Shown in pieces: positions 39,601 through 46,976 of a stretch of DNA of 64,000 bases. How positions within the stretch are numbered: position 1 is the first letter of the stretch; each line of letters starts with the position of its first letter. Location of the stretch: positions 4,589-68,588 of the forward strand of contig JAZODF010000077.1 in assembly GCA_045596865.1 (NCBI GenBank), written 5' to 3'. This stretch comes from Eubacteriales bacterium. Its GTDB lineage: Bacteria; Bacillota; Clostridia; Oscillospirales; CAG-272. Made by a program: the position numbers and the translations under genes. The notes under the pieces are model-generated. The model was not told the origin of the DNA and did not search any database. It saw only the letters and a list, made by a program, of their open reading frames with translations.

Positions 39601-40060
39601 TGCAGTCGTAATATTCGATTTGAATATAGTAGAAGCCTGCCTCCTCCTCAGTGAAGGTGACGTTCCAGGAGACCGAGCCCGTCGCATCGAGGTACACCGA
39701 TTTATCAGCGTAGTCCCCGAAGGTTGCCCAGGCATCCGGGTTGTCAATCCTCGAGTTTTTGTAATAGTCGCTGTCGCTGACCTTCTCGCCACCGACGCAG
39801 TCAAGGATGTCCGTGACCTCCTTGGCGCTCAGCTCCTTATCGAAGCCGATACCGTCTTTAAGGAAGCTGTTAACGTACTCCTCGTAGGATAGGGTACCTA
39901 CAAGTGACTTCATCTCCTCAAGCGTTGATGCGCTGTACGGATTTTCCTCATTGGGATCCGTTTTGAGGGAAGCCGCAGAAACAGTGAATCCAAAGCCGGT
40001 AGCCAGAAGCGTTACAGAAAGCAACAGGCATATTACTCTCTCTAACATTTTGTTCTTCAT
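36644..40060 (-). CDS. Very large extracellular solute-binding protein (about 1138 aa) with N-terminal beta-sandwich-like region
   Basis: GGAGG RBS before ATG 40060. Signal peptide ending VSA-A. C-terminal SBP motifs GRDQ, MMFYRMDVL, PESWDE, NRFRTGEMP, YATEIEGLW. Confidence 0.85.
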   Translation of the reverse strand: MKNKMLERVICLLLSVTLLATGFGFTVSAASLKTDPNEENPYSASTLEEMKSLVGTLSYEEYVNSFLKDGIGFDKELSAKEVTDILDCVGGEKVSDSDYYKNSRIDNPDAWATFGDYADKSVYLDATGSVSWNVTFTEEEAGFYYIQIEYYDCNTSQSSISSIERKLKIDGKVPFDEVSTLNLNKNWIYDNVTVKTESAAGEPDSYDVDYDNNADGYFKIITEVKDGVKTVTTYTLTKDINGNSMSPTPVTSPTWNTYFVQDSTGYYTEYFAIYMASGTRTITLEAEREPMIVRSIKLIPAGDVSGTAPSYQQYLDSYKQMNGGKLPVPQNGSVVEIQAEFPDRISDSSVAPTNDNTSAITYPIAADSQLFNVIGENSYNSVGQWAAYKFRVTEDGFYNLAMRYKQSALEGMYVCRSIKLSGGDYGLADGTPTSPFIEASDAEFHYSKKWQSGYVGYGDTEFLFYFEEGVEYTVYLECSLGTLKDLIQRAETVLEEVNACYLSILQLTGTDPDENRDYGFISIMPEVLVSLLENAVELMEIKAELEALCGTSGSHTATLETVARLLDTMGKDEGEDIAQNMSTFKSYLGTLGTWINNSKRSTVVVDSIWVVPAKESGSDAVSDTDALPRAKAPWYKSLWFEIQSFWNSFFVEYDQMGLTTIPDENTTTIDVWLASGRDQSQIWRTMIDASGSYTDSTGNAVALKLVTGGTLLPSILSGKGPDVYIGLGASDVINYAIRNAVVGISGNAKTGNDWTDADNAVFSTTYYTYKNADGSYSTVTEERVGETASFVSRPYDEFIAPGKTFSQAALDTVTLLDVGYGIPQTMGFAMMFYRMDVLAELGVEVPESWDEMLSILNVLQANNMSIGVSYLSALDFMIYQKGGSMWMYTEKDLYDSKYAGARIALDTNIALEAFKFTTRLYTDYSFPVSYDAANRFRTGEMPLIIGDYAGIYNQLTVYATEIEGLWEFCSLPGSHREDGSFNYDSLAGVSATVILHGVGADLLPAWQFVQWQTGKEAQAEYGNRMVALIGPSAKYETANLEAINNLSWTAKEKKAIMNQMDHMSSIVNYPGSYIINRYMQFAFFDVVNENANPVDAMRGYIDAINIEITRKREEFKDAGLWTPENSTDEPPQLDGRNK

Positions 40061-40197
40061 GTTCTGTTTTCCTCCGTAAAATTCTCTATACAAGGCGCCG
40101 AGGCTTTTGCACCCCAGCGGTAATATCAGCCTGCCCCCTGTGCTCGTTTAGAGTGCAGACTGATACCACCGCGGTTACGCGCGATATATATAAATGA

Positions 40198-40226
40198 ATT
40201 ATAACACACGCGCCGTGTTTTGTCAA
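40198..40226 (-). promoter_or_regulatory. sigmaA promoter of the sugar ABC operon
   Basis: Consensus TTGACA-N17-TATAAT on the minus strand. Confidence 0.85.
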
Positions 40227-40668
40227 TAGAACCAAATCCACCCAGGCGGGTCCAAAAAACGAACGCGGACACGGGCGAAAAAATAAATGTAAACAATTGT
40301 TTACGCGGTTTTTGAGAATCGATGATATTTGATTTTTTATTGTAAATTGTATTTACCTTGATTTCAAGAGTTTTTGACACATTGCGGGGGTATATTTCGT
40401 AAATGTAAATTGGATTTACCCAAAATTGCGCATTTTTCGATTTGAAAAAGCAAGAAAGATTCGATTGGATAAAGTGCACAAAAGGGGGTCGAAAATTTCT
40501 ACACCGCAAAATCGCGAACGGTTTTCGGATAATTGTAAATTTGAGCGGATTTCGGTGCGATTTTACAAATTTTTCGGCAAGGGTGAGGGGGTGCAGAGTG
40601 GATGATGGAGGGTTGACAGAGAGCGCGAAGGATATAGAAAACGAGGCGCACCGAGGATTGATGACAAC

Positions 40669-40698
40669 AAAAAAACGCACCGCGAGGGTCGCGGTGCG
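40669..40698 (-). terminator. Intrinsic terminator after mnmA
   Basis: Minus strand CGCACCGCGA-CCC-TCGCGGTGCG-TTTTTTT. Confidence 0.8.
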
Positions 40699-40740
40699 AA
40701 CGAGGAATATAGATTAATTTTCCACAACGGTGCGCGGGTA

Positions 40741-41775
40741 TCATGAGTCGATAAAGCCGCCGAGGAGGACGGTATCACCGTCGTAGGCGACGAGCGACTG
40801 ACCCGGGGCGACCGAGGCGACGGGCTCGTCAAGGGTAACCGTAGCGGTCGAGTCGGACGTGAAGGTCAGCGTGGCGGGGACGGGCCTTGCGTGGTAGCGG
40901 ACCTTGACGAGGGCAGAGAGGCTATCCCCTTCCCTACGAGCGGAGGCACCGCTGAAAACGATATCGCTGATGCCGAGTGAGGTAACGGCGGTTGCACCCG
41001 TGGAGAGTGTGATCTCGTTGGTTTTCGGATTGATATGGCTGACGAAGGCGCGCTCGCCGAGGGAGATGCCGAGCCCCTTGCGCTGGCCGACGGTGTAGCC
41101 GATAATTCCCTTGTGAGTGCCGAGGACCTTACCCGTAGTATCGATGAAGCTACCCTCGGGGAATTTGCCAACGCGATGCTCGATATAGGAGCGGTAGTCG
41201 TTATCGGGGATGAAGCAGATCTCCTGACTTTCGGAGGTGCCGTGGTCGATTATCCCCGCCGCCTCGGCGCGGGGGGTGACCTCGCATTTCAGCTCGTCGG
41301 CGAGAGGTAAATATAAATAGGATAGAATTTCCTCGGGGAGGCGGTAGAGCATATAGGTCTGATCCTTTGAGAGGTCGCGGGCAGACGCCACGGCGTATCG
41401 GGTGACACCGTTATCCGTGCGGGTGACGATGCGGGCGTAATGCCCCGTCGCGATCCTGTCAAAGCCGTGTGCGACGGCGTAATCGTAGAGGCACCTGAAC
41501 TTCACTTCCCTGTTACAGACGATGCAGGGGTTGGGTGTGCGAGCGTGGGTGTATTCGTTGACGAAGTAGGATTTTACCCGCTCCTCAAAGCGGTCGGTGC
41601 AGTCGATTTCGACGAGCGGGATGGCGAGGCGGGACGCCGCGGTGCGGGCGGCGGTGAGGTCGGTGTACTCGTGCATTTTGAGGATGGCGCCGACGACCTC
41701 GTGCCCCTCGTTAATCATTTTGAGAGCGGCAAAGGTACTGTCGATTCCGCCGCTCATACCAAGCAATATTCTCAC
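40741..41775 (-). CDS. mnmA: tRNA 2-thiouridylase MnmA
   Basis: GMSGGIDS, TPNPCIVCN, ATGHYA, KDQTY, SQEICF, YTVGQRKGL and APGQ motifs. Confidence 0.95.
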   Translation of the reverse strand: MRILLGMSGGIDSTFAALKMINEGHEVVGAILKMHEYTDLTAARTAASRLAIPLVEIDCTDRFEERVKSYFVNEYTHARTPNPCIVCNREVKFRCLYDYAVAHGFDRIATGHYARIVTRTDNGVTRYAVASARDLSKDQTYMLYRLPEEILSYLYLPLADELKCEVTPRAEAAGIIDHGTSESQEICFIPDNDYRSYIEHRVGKFPEGSFIDTTGKVLGTHKGIIGYTVGQRKGLGISLGERAFVSHINPKTNEITLSTGATAVTSLGISDIVFSGASARREGDSLSALVKVRYHARPVPATLTFTSDSTATVTLDEPVASVAPGQSLVAYDGDTVLLGGFIDS

Positions 41776-41897
41776 GTTTTTGCCCTCCCATCATGGTAAA
41801 AATTCTTTGTTTTGTTACATTTTTTGCCGACTTTGCGTTTTTTCGGCAATTATCCGTCATAAAAGGATACGGACTGCGATTGCAGTCCGTTCGGGTA

Positions 41898-42335
41898 TTA
41901 GTCCTCGTCCTCGTCGCCGTGGTGATCGTCGTCATCCTCGGGCAGCTCGAAGGGTACTTCCCTTCCCGAGCGCTTAAGGAAATCGGCGATGGCGTGCTTG
42001 ATGGCATCCTCGGCAAGAACCGAGCAATGCACCTTTACGGGCGGGAGCCCCTCGAGCGCCTCGACAACGACGGCATTGGTGATCTCAAGTGCCTCCCAGA
42101 TGGTTTTGCCCATAATGAGCTCGGTCGCCATGGAGGAGGTCGCGATTGCCGCGCCGCAGCCGAAGGTCTTAAACTTACAATCAGTGATGACGTCGTTTTC
42201 GTCAACGACCAGATATATTCTCATAATATCGCCACACTTGGCGTTACCAACGGTGCCAACGCCGTCGGCGTTCTCGATCTCACCGACGTTGCGGGGGTGA
42301 GTGAAGTGGTCCATTACCTTTTCGCTGTACTGCAT
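41898..42335 (-). CDS. iscU: Fe-S cluster scaffold protein (IscU/NifU-type)
   Basis: YSEKVMDHFTHPRNVG, CGDIM, KFKTFGCGAAIA and KVHCSVLAE motifs. Confidence 0.93.
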   Translation of the reverse strand: MQYSEKVMDHFTHPRNVGEIENADGVGTVGNAKCGDIMRIYLVVDENDVITDCKFKTFGCGAAIATSSMATELIMGKTIWEALEITNAVVVEALEGLPPVKVHCSVLAEDAIKHAIADFLKRSGREVPFELPEDDDDHHGDEDED

Positions 42336-42442
42336 GATAATTCCTATCTTTCTTTTTTTGTTCTGCCCGCGCGGTGAGGATTCCGTCCGTCCCGCGTGGG
42401 TGCTTGGTTGTCCACCGATCGGTGGGTATTCGCGTATTGCTA

Positions 42443-43621
42443 TCAGCCGTTCTTCTTCAGCTCGTCCTCCCAGAGGGGAGAAAGCTCACGGAGGCGGGCG
42501 ACGATGGGCGGGAGTGTTTCGATGATGTAGTCGATATCCTCGTCGGTGGTGTCGTGCGAGATGGACAGACGGATGGAGCCGTGTGCACGCTCGTGGGGGA
42601 CGCCGATTGCGAGGAGGACGTGCGACGCGTCGAGCGACGCGGAGGAGCAGGCAGAGCCCGTGGAGGCACAGATGCCGGACATATCCAGCCACATAAGCAC
42701 GCTCTCACCCTCGATGAACTCGAAGCCGATATTGACGTTACCGGGGAGGCGATGCTCACGGGAGCCGTTGAGGGTGGAATAGGGTACCTTCAGGAGCTCG
42801 TCGATGAGGCGGTCGCGCATGGTGCGGACGCGGTCGAGCTCGGGGAGGCGCTCCTTGGCGATCTCCATCGCGCGGGCAAGGCCGAGGATGTAGGGCACGT
42901 TTTCGGTGCCGCCGCGCTTACGCTTCTCCTGACCGCCGCCGTCGATGAGGTTTTTGATGCGGACGCCCTTTTTGACATAGAGGAGTCCGATGCCCTTAGG
43001 TGCGTGTATTTTATGGCCCGAGAGGGCGAGCATATCGACGCCGAGCTCGGGTATTGTGAAATCAATATTTCCGATGGCCTGAACGGCGTCGGTAAACATC
43101 AAAGCCCCGACCCTGTGTGCGATTTTCGCGATTTCCGCGACGGGCTGGATCGTGCCGATCTCGTTATTTGCGAGCATTACCGCGACGATGGCGGTGCGCT
43201 CGTTTACTGCCGCGGCGACGTCCTCGGGACGGACGATGCCCTCGGGGGTGACGTCAACGTAGGTGACGGTGAAGCCCTCCTTTTCAAGTGCGGCGCAGGT
43301 GTGAAGGACGGCGTGGTGCTCGATCTTGGTGGTGACGATGTGGTCCCTGCCCTTCGCACGGAGCTGATATGCGGCGCCCTTGATTGCCCAGTTGTCACTC
43401 TCGGTGCCGCAGGAGGTAAAGTATATTTCGTCGGGGCGACAGCCGAGCACGGCGGCAATGCGCGAGCGTGCGCCGTCCACAAGTGCCTTCGCCTCGTATC
43501 CCTTGCCATGCTGGCTCGAGGGGTTGCCCCAAGAGTCAAGGAAGGCGGGGGTCATAGCCTCCACAACCTCGGGAAGGACCGGGGTAGTGGCGGCGTTATC
43601 AGCATAAACGAATCTTGCCAT
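42443..43621 (-). CDS. iscS: Cysteine desulfurase (IscS/NifS-type)
   Basis: YADNAATT, GNPSS, EHHAVL, NNEIGTIQP, SGHKIHAPKG and STGSACSS motifs. Confidence 0.95.
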   Translation of the reverse strand: MARFVYADNAATTPVLPEVVEAMTPAFLDSWGNPSSQHGKGYEAKALVDGARSRIAAVLGCRPDEIYFTSCGTESDNWAIKGAAYQLRAKGRDHIVTTKIEHHAVLHTCAALEKEGFTVTYVDVTPEGIVRPEDVAAAVNERTAIVAVMLANNEIGTIQPVAEIAKIAHRVGALMFTDAVQAIGNIDFTIPELGVDMLALSGHKIHAPKGIGLLYVKKGVRIKNLIDGGGQEKRKRGGTENVPYILGLARAMEIAKERLPELDRVRTMRDRLIDELLKVPYSTLNGSREHRLPGNVNIGFEFIEGESVLMWLDMSGICASTGSACSSASLDASHVLLAIGVPHERAHGSIRLSISHDTTDEDIDYIIETLPPIVARLRELSPLWEDELKKNG

Positions 43622-43813
43622 GTGATATACCTTTTAATAAAAATTTATTGATTATTTTAGCGATATTTCGCGCATTTTGTTTTTCCGATATATTCTATAC
43701 CAATTTCGTGTATTTTTCAATACGTTTAGAAAATTTCTAGGCGTACAAATGTTAATTTTCTGTGAACAGGGGGCTTTTTTCGCCGTTTAGTGCCGCGGGG
43801 GCGAATTACGCAC

Positions 43814-43843
43814 TTGACAAAGTGGGAGAATTTTTATTATACT
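43814..43843 (+). promoter_or_regulatory. sigmaA-type promoter for the ROK kinase
   Basis: TTGACA-N18-TATACT. Confidence 0.65.
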
Positions 43844-43895
43844 AGGCTTAGAAATACGCGCGCGATTTATACGGCGCGATAATTAAGGAGATAAT

Positions 43896-44858
43896 ATGTA
43901 TACAATTGGCGTTGATCTTGGCGGAACGAATATTGCCATCGGGCTTTGTGACGAGAGCTGCAGCATCGTTGACAAGGGCTCGGTGCCCACGCTGGCAAAG
44001 AGGGATTCCGAGCTGATCATCAAGGATATGGCGGAGCTCGCAATGAGAATCGTTGAGCGCAACCACCTGACCCCCGCGGACATCGAATACGTCGGAATTG
44101 CCGCACCAGGCAGCGTAAACCCCGAGACGGGTATTATCGAGTATTCAAACAATATTCAGATGAAGAACTTCCCCATCGTTGAGATATTCAAGAAGTATTT
44201 CCCCATAGAGCGCGTGTATATCGCTAACGACGCGAATGCCGCCGCTCTCGGTGAGGCCTACGCAGGGGCGGCAAAGGGCGCACCCACCTCGCTTATGATA
44301 ACCCTCGGCACCGGTGTCGGTGGCGGTATCGTTATCGACGGCAAGATTTACGCGGGTGGCGTAAACTTCGGCGGTGCGGAGCTCGGCCACACGGTTATTG
44401 CCGCCGGTGGCAGACAGTGCACCTGCGGTAGACGCGGCTGCTTCGAGGCTTATTGCTCGGCATCGGCGCTTTCCGCGATGACGAGGGAGAAGATGCACGA
44501 GCTCACGCTCAAGGGTATTCACTCCATCCTCTTTGACGAGGAGAAGAAGGACGGCAAGGTTTCAGCACGCACCGCGTTCAACGCGATGAGAAAGGGCGAC
44601 GTTTACGGAAAGATGATCGTTGACGAGTATATCGGCTATCTTGCAATCGGTATCACCAACATGATCAATATATTCCAGCCCCACGTCCTCTCGCTCGGCG
44701 GCGGTGTTTGCAACGAAAAGGAATACCTCACCGTGCCGCTCAACAAGCTTGTCAGCCGTGAGCAGTACACGAGAGATAGCGCTCACAAGACCAAGATAGT
44801 CACCGCTACCCTCGGGAACGATGCGGGTATCATCGGTGCCGCCTGCCTTGGCAAATAA
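43896..44858 (+). CDS. ROK family sugar kinase (glucokinase-like)
   Basis: IGVDLGGTN, NDANAAALGE, TLGTGVGGG and ELGH...CTCGRRGCFEAY motifs. No N-terminal HTH. Confidence 0.92.
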   Translation: MYTIGVDLGGTNIAIGLCDESCSIVDKGSVPTLAKRDSELIIKDMAELAMRIVERNHLTPADIEYVGIAAPGSVNPETGIIEYSNNIQMKNFPIVEIFKKYFPIERVYIANDANAAALGEAYAGAAKGAPTSLMITLGTGVGGGIVIDGKIYAGGVNFGGAELGHTVIAAGGRQCTCGRRGCFEAYCSASALSAMTREKMHELTLKGIHSILFDEEKKDGKVSARTAFNAMRKGDVYGKMIVDEYIGYLAIGITNMINIFQPHVLSLGGGVCNEKEYLTVPLNKLVSREQYTRDSAHKTKIVTATLGNDAGIIGAACLGK

Positions 44859-44939
44859 TTAACGGTTTATTTACGGTTTGGATATTTTCCGTCATATTTT
44901 TGGTGGTAAAATAGACGAATCAACGTTACGGAGTAATTT

Positions 44940-46808
44940 ATGAAAAGATTATTAGCACTTTTATTAACGCTGGCGCTTATTATCGGCGCCTGCTCGGTGC
45001 TCACCGCATGCAAGCCCGACACGGGAAATGACCCGAGCGGCGTGACACCGACACCCGACCCCACACCGAATCCCGGTGACGGCGAAAACGACGGACCGAC
45101 GGTCATCACGCCCGAGTTCAAGGATTACGGACGCGGAACGGTCAACTTTGACGAGCTCACCTACGAGAGGCCCGACATTGCCGCGGTCATTGCGGCGTTC
45201 GAGGCGGTGAACGCACAGATCCGCGCGAACGAAAAGACGGTTGACGAGCTCATCGAGCTTATTGACGAGCTGAACGGACCGTACGAGCAGGTTTACACGA
45301 TGTATACCATTTCCGAGATCAACAACTCGCGGGATTCCTCGGTTACCTTCTGGGCGGATGAGTACGAGTACATTTCGACCAACCTGTCGGCATTCTCGCA
45401 GGCGATTGAGGATATGTACGTAGCGGCGGCACAGTCGCCGAACAAGACCGAGTTTGAGGAGAAATACTTCCTCGAATCGCTCGACGAGTACGTTGACGGT
45501 GGCGTGTATACCGACGCGCTGGTTGAGCTGCTTGCCGACGAGGCAGAGCTTATCGCAGAATACAACGCCTTCTCCACCGCGACGGTCGAGATCACCCTCA
45601 AGGACGGAACGAAGGGCACGGTTGACGCGCTGATGGAGAGCGTGCCCGAGAACAAGAAGCAGGCAACGCTCGCCCTATATATGCAGTATTATCAGGATGA
45701 GGTGACCCGCCTGTCGACCGATATTTACGTCGAGCTCGTCAAGGTTCGTATGCTTATCGCGGACGAGATGGGCAAGGACAGCTACCTCGAGGTGGCGTAC
45801 GAGGACCTCGGTCATGAGTACACGCCGGAGCAGATGCTGGCATTCCTCAAGAGTATCAAGGGCACGGTTGCGATTTCGAGCGATCTGTATATGAATAATT
45901 TCTATCACCTCTACAACGAGATCGAGCCTAGCGCGAACCCCGTGGACGTTATCAACGAGCTCTACGCCCTTTACGGCGAGGTTGATACCGAGATTGCGGA
46001 CATTTACGCATACATGCTTCAGCACGGGCTGTACGACGTGGCACCCGCGGGCGGCAACCGTCTTGAGGCGGCGTACACCACCTACATTTACTCGAATGCG
46101 TCGCCCTTCATTTTCATGACGGCGACCGAGAAGTACAGCGATTACGTCACCCTCTCGCACGAGTTCGGACATTTCGTCGACAATTACATCAACTACGGTA
46201 ATCAGGCGTCGCTCGACCTTAGCGAGGTTTACTCGACCGCATGGTCCTATCTGACTCTCCTCGAGCTTGAGGACGAGATGTGCACCACCACAGCGGGCGA
46301 AAAGGCGTACAGGTACATGCTTCACAACGAGATGGCAATGATCTCCGACACGCTTATGTATCAGGGATATCTTGCGGCGTTTGAGCATCTTGTGTTCGGC
46401 CTTGAATACGATGAGGTATCCAAGGAGAGCATCGAGGCGCTGATGGACGATGCGCAGAGGATGACCTGGGGCTACGAGATAGAGGAGCTTGCCGCCTGGG
46501 AGGCGGTGCTGATGGTGCATACCGTTGAGTACCCCTGCTACGTTCAGTCCTACTGCACCTCTCTTGTAGCGGCGGTTGAGATCATGCTGATGGAGATCGA
46601 GGAGGAGGGCGCGGGTCTTGCCGCGTTTAAGACTCTCGTTGACCGCGAGGGCTTCGAGGATCTGACCTTCGAGGAGCAGCTTGAGCGTGCGGGAATCGCT
46701 TCCCCGCTTCGCACTCTTTCAACCGTCGAGATGATCAAGGGCGTTTACCGTTACATCACCGGCAAGGATTACGGTAGCGGTACGAATAAGCTGCCCGATG
46801 CGGCGTAA
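44940..46808 (+). CDS. Lipoprotein M3-family (oligoendopeptidase F-like) zinc peptidase
   Basis: Lipobox LTAC, Pro/Thr linker, LTYERPD, HEFGH, downstream LSEVYS and YVQSY. Confidence 0.75.
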   Translation: MKRLLALLLTLALIIGACSVLTACKPDTGNDPSGVTPTPDPTPNPGDGENDGPTVITPEFKDYGRGTVNFDELTYERPDIAAVIAAFEAVNAQIRANEKTVDELIELIDELNGPYEQVYTMYTISEINNSRDSSVTFWADEYEYISTNLSAFSQAIEDMYVAAAQSPNKTEFEEKYFLESLDEYVDGGVYTDALVELLADEAELIAEYNAFSTATVEITLKDGTKGTVDALMESVPENKKQATLALYMQYYQDEVTRLSTDIYVELVKVRMLIADEMGKDSYLEVAYEDLGHEYTPEQMLAFLKSIKGTVAISSDLYMNNFYHLYNEIEPSANPVDVINELYALYGEVDTEIADIYAYMLQHGLYDVAPAGGNRLEAAYTTYIYSNASPFIFMTATEKYSDYVTLSHEFGHFVDNYINYGNQASLDLSEVYSTAWSYLTLLELEDEMCTTTAGEKAYRYMLHNEMAMISDTLMYQGYLAAFEHLVFGLEYDEVSKESIEALMDDAQRMTWGYEIEELAAWEAVLMVHTVEYPCYVQSYCTSLVAAVEIMLMEIEEEGAGLAAFKTLVDREGFEDLTFEEQLERAGIASPLRTLSTVEMIKGVYRYITGKDYGSGTNKLPDAA

Positions 46809-46842
46809 ATGTAAATTATTATTTACACAAGAGAGATAAGAG

Positions 46843-46871
46843 AAGGCACCCGCCGAGTGGCGGGTGCCTTT
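46843..46871. terminator. Intrinsic terminator between convergent genes
   Basis: AAGGCACCCGCC-GAGT-GGCGGGTGCCTTT. Confidence 0.75.
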
Positions 46872-46976
46872 GTCATTTTGTCCGTGAAATTTGACACGGG
46901 TGCGGGGTAAATGCGTTTTTGGGGGTGTTTCGTGCGGTGTGGCGCGTGACGTGCGTGCGAAAAGCGCGCGGTGCGG

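Noticed and set aside
40155-40180. GGTGGTATC resembling a T-box core in the sugar operon leader
   Set aside because: It is too close to the promoter to allow a stem I, has no following terminator, and precedes sugar transport genes.
40126-40832. Short ORFs in the mnmA-SBP intergenic region
   Set aside because: They overlap the promoter, operator-like sites and terminator, and show no convincing RBS or protein-like composition.
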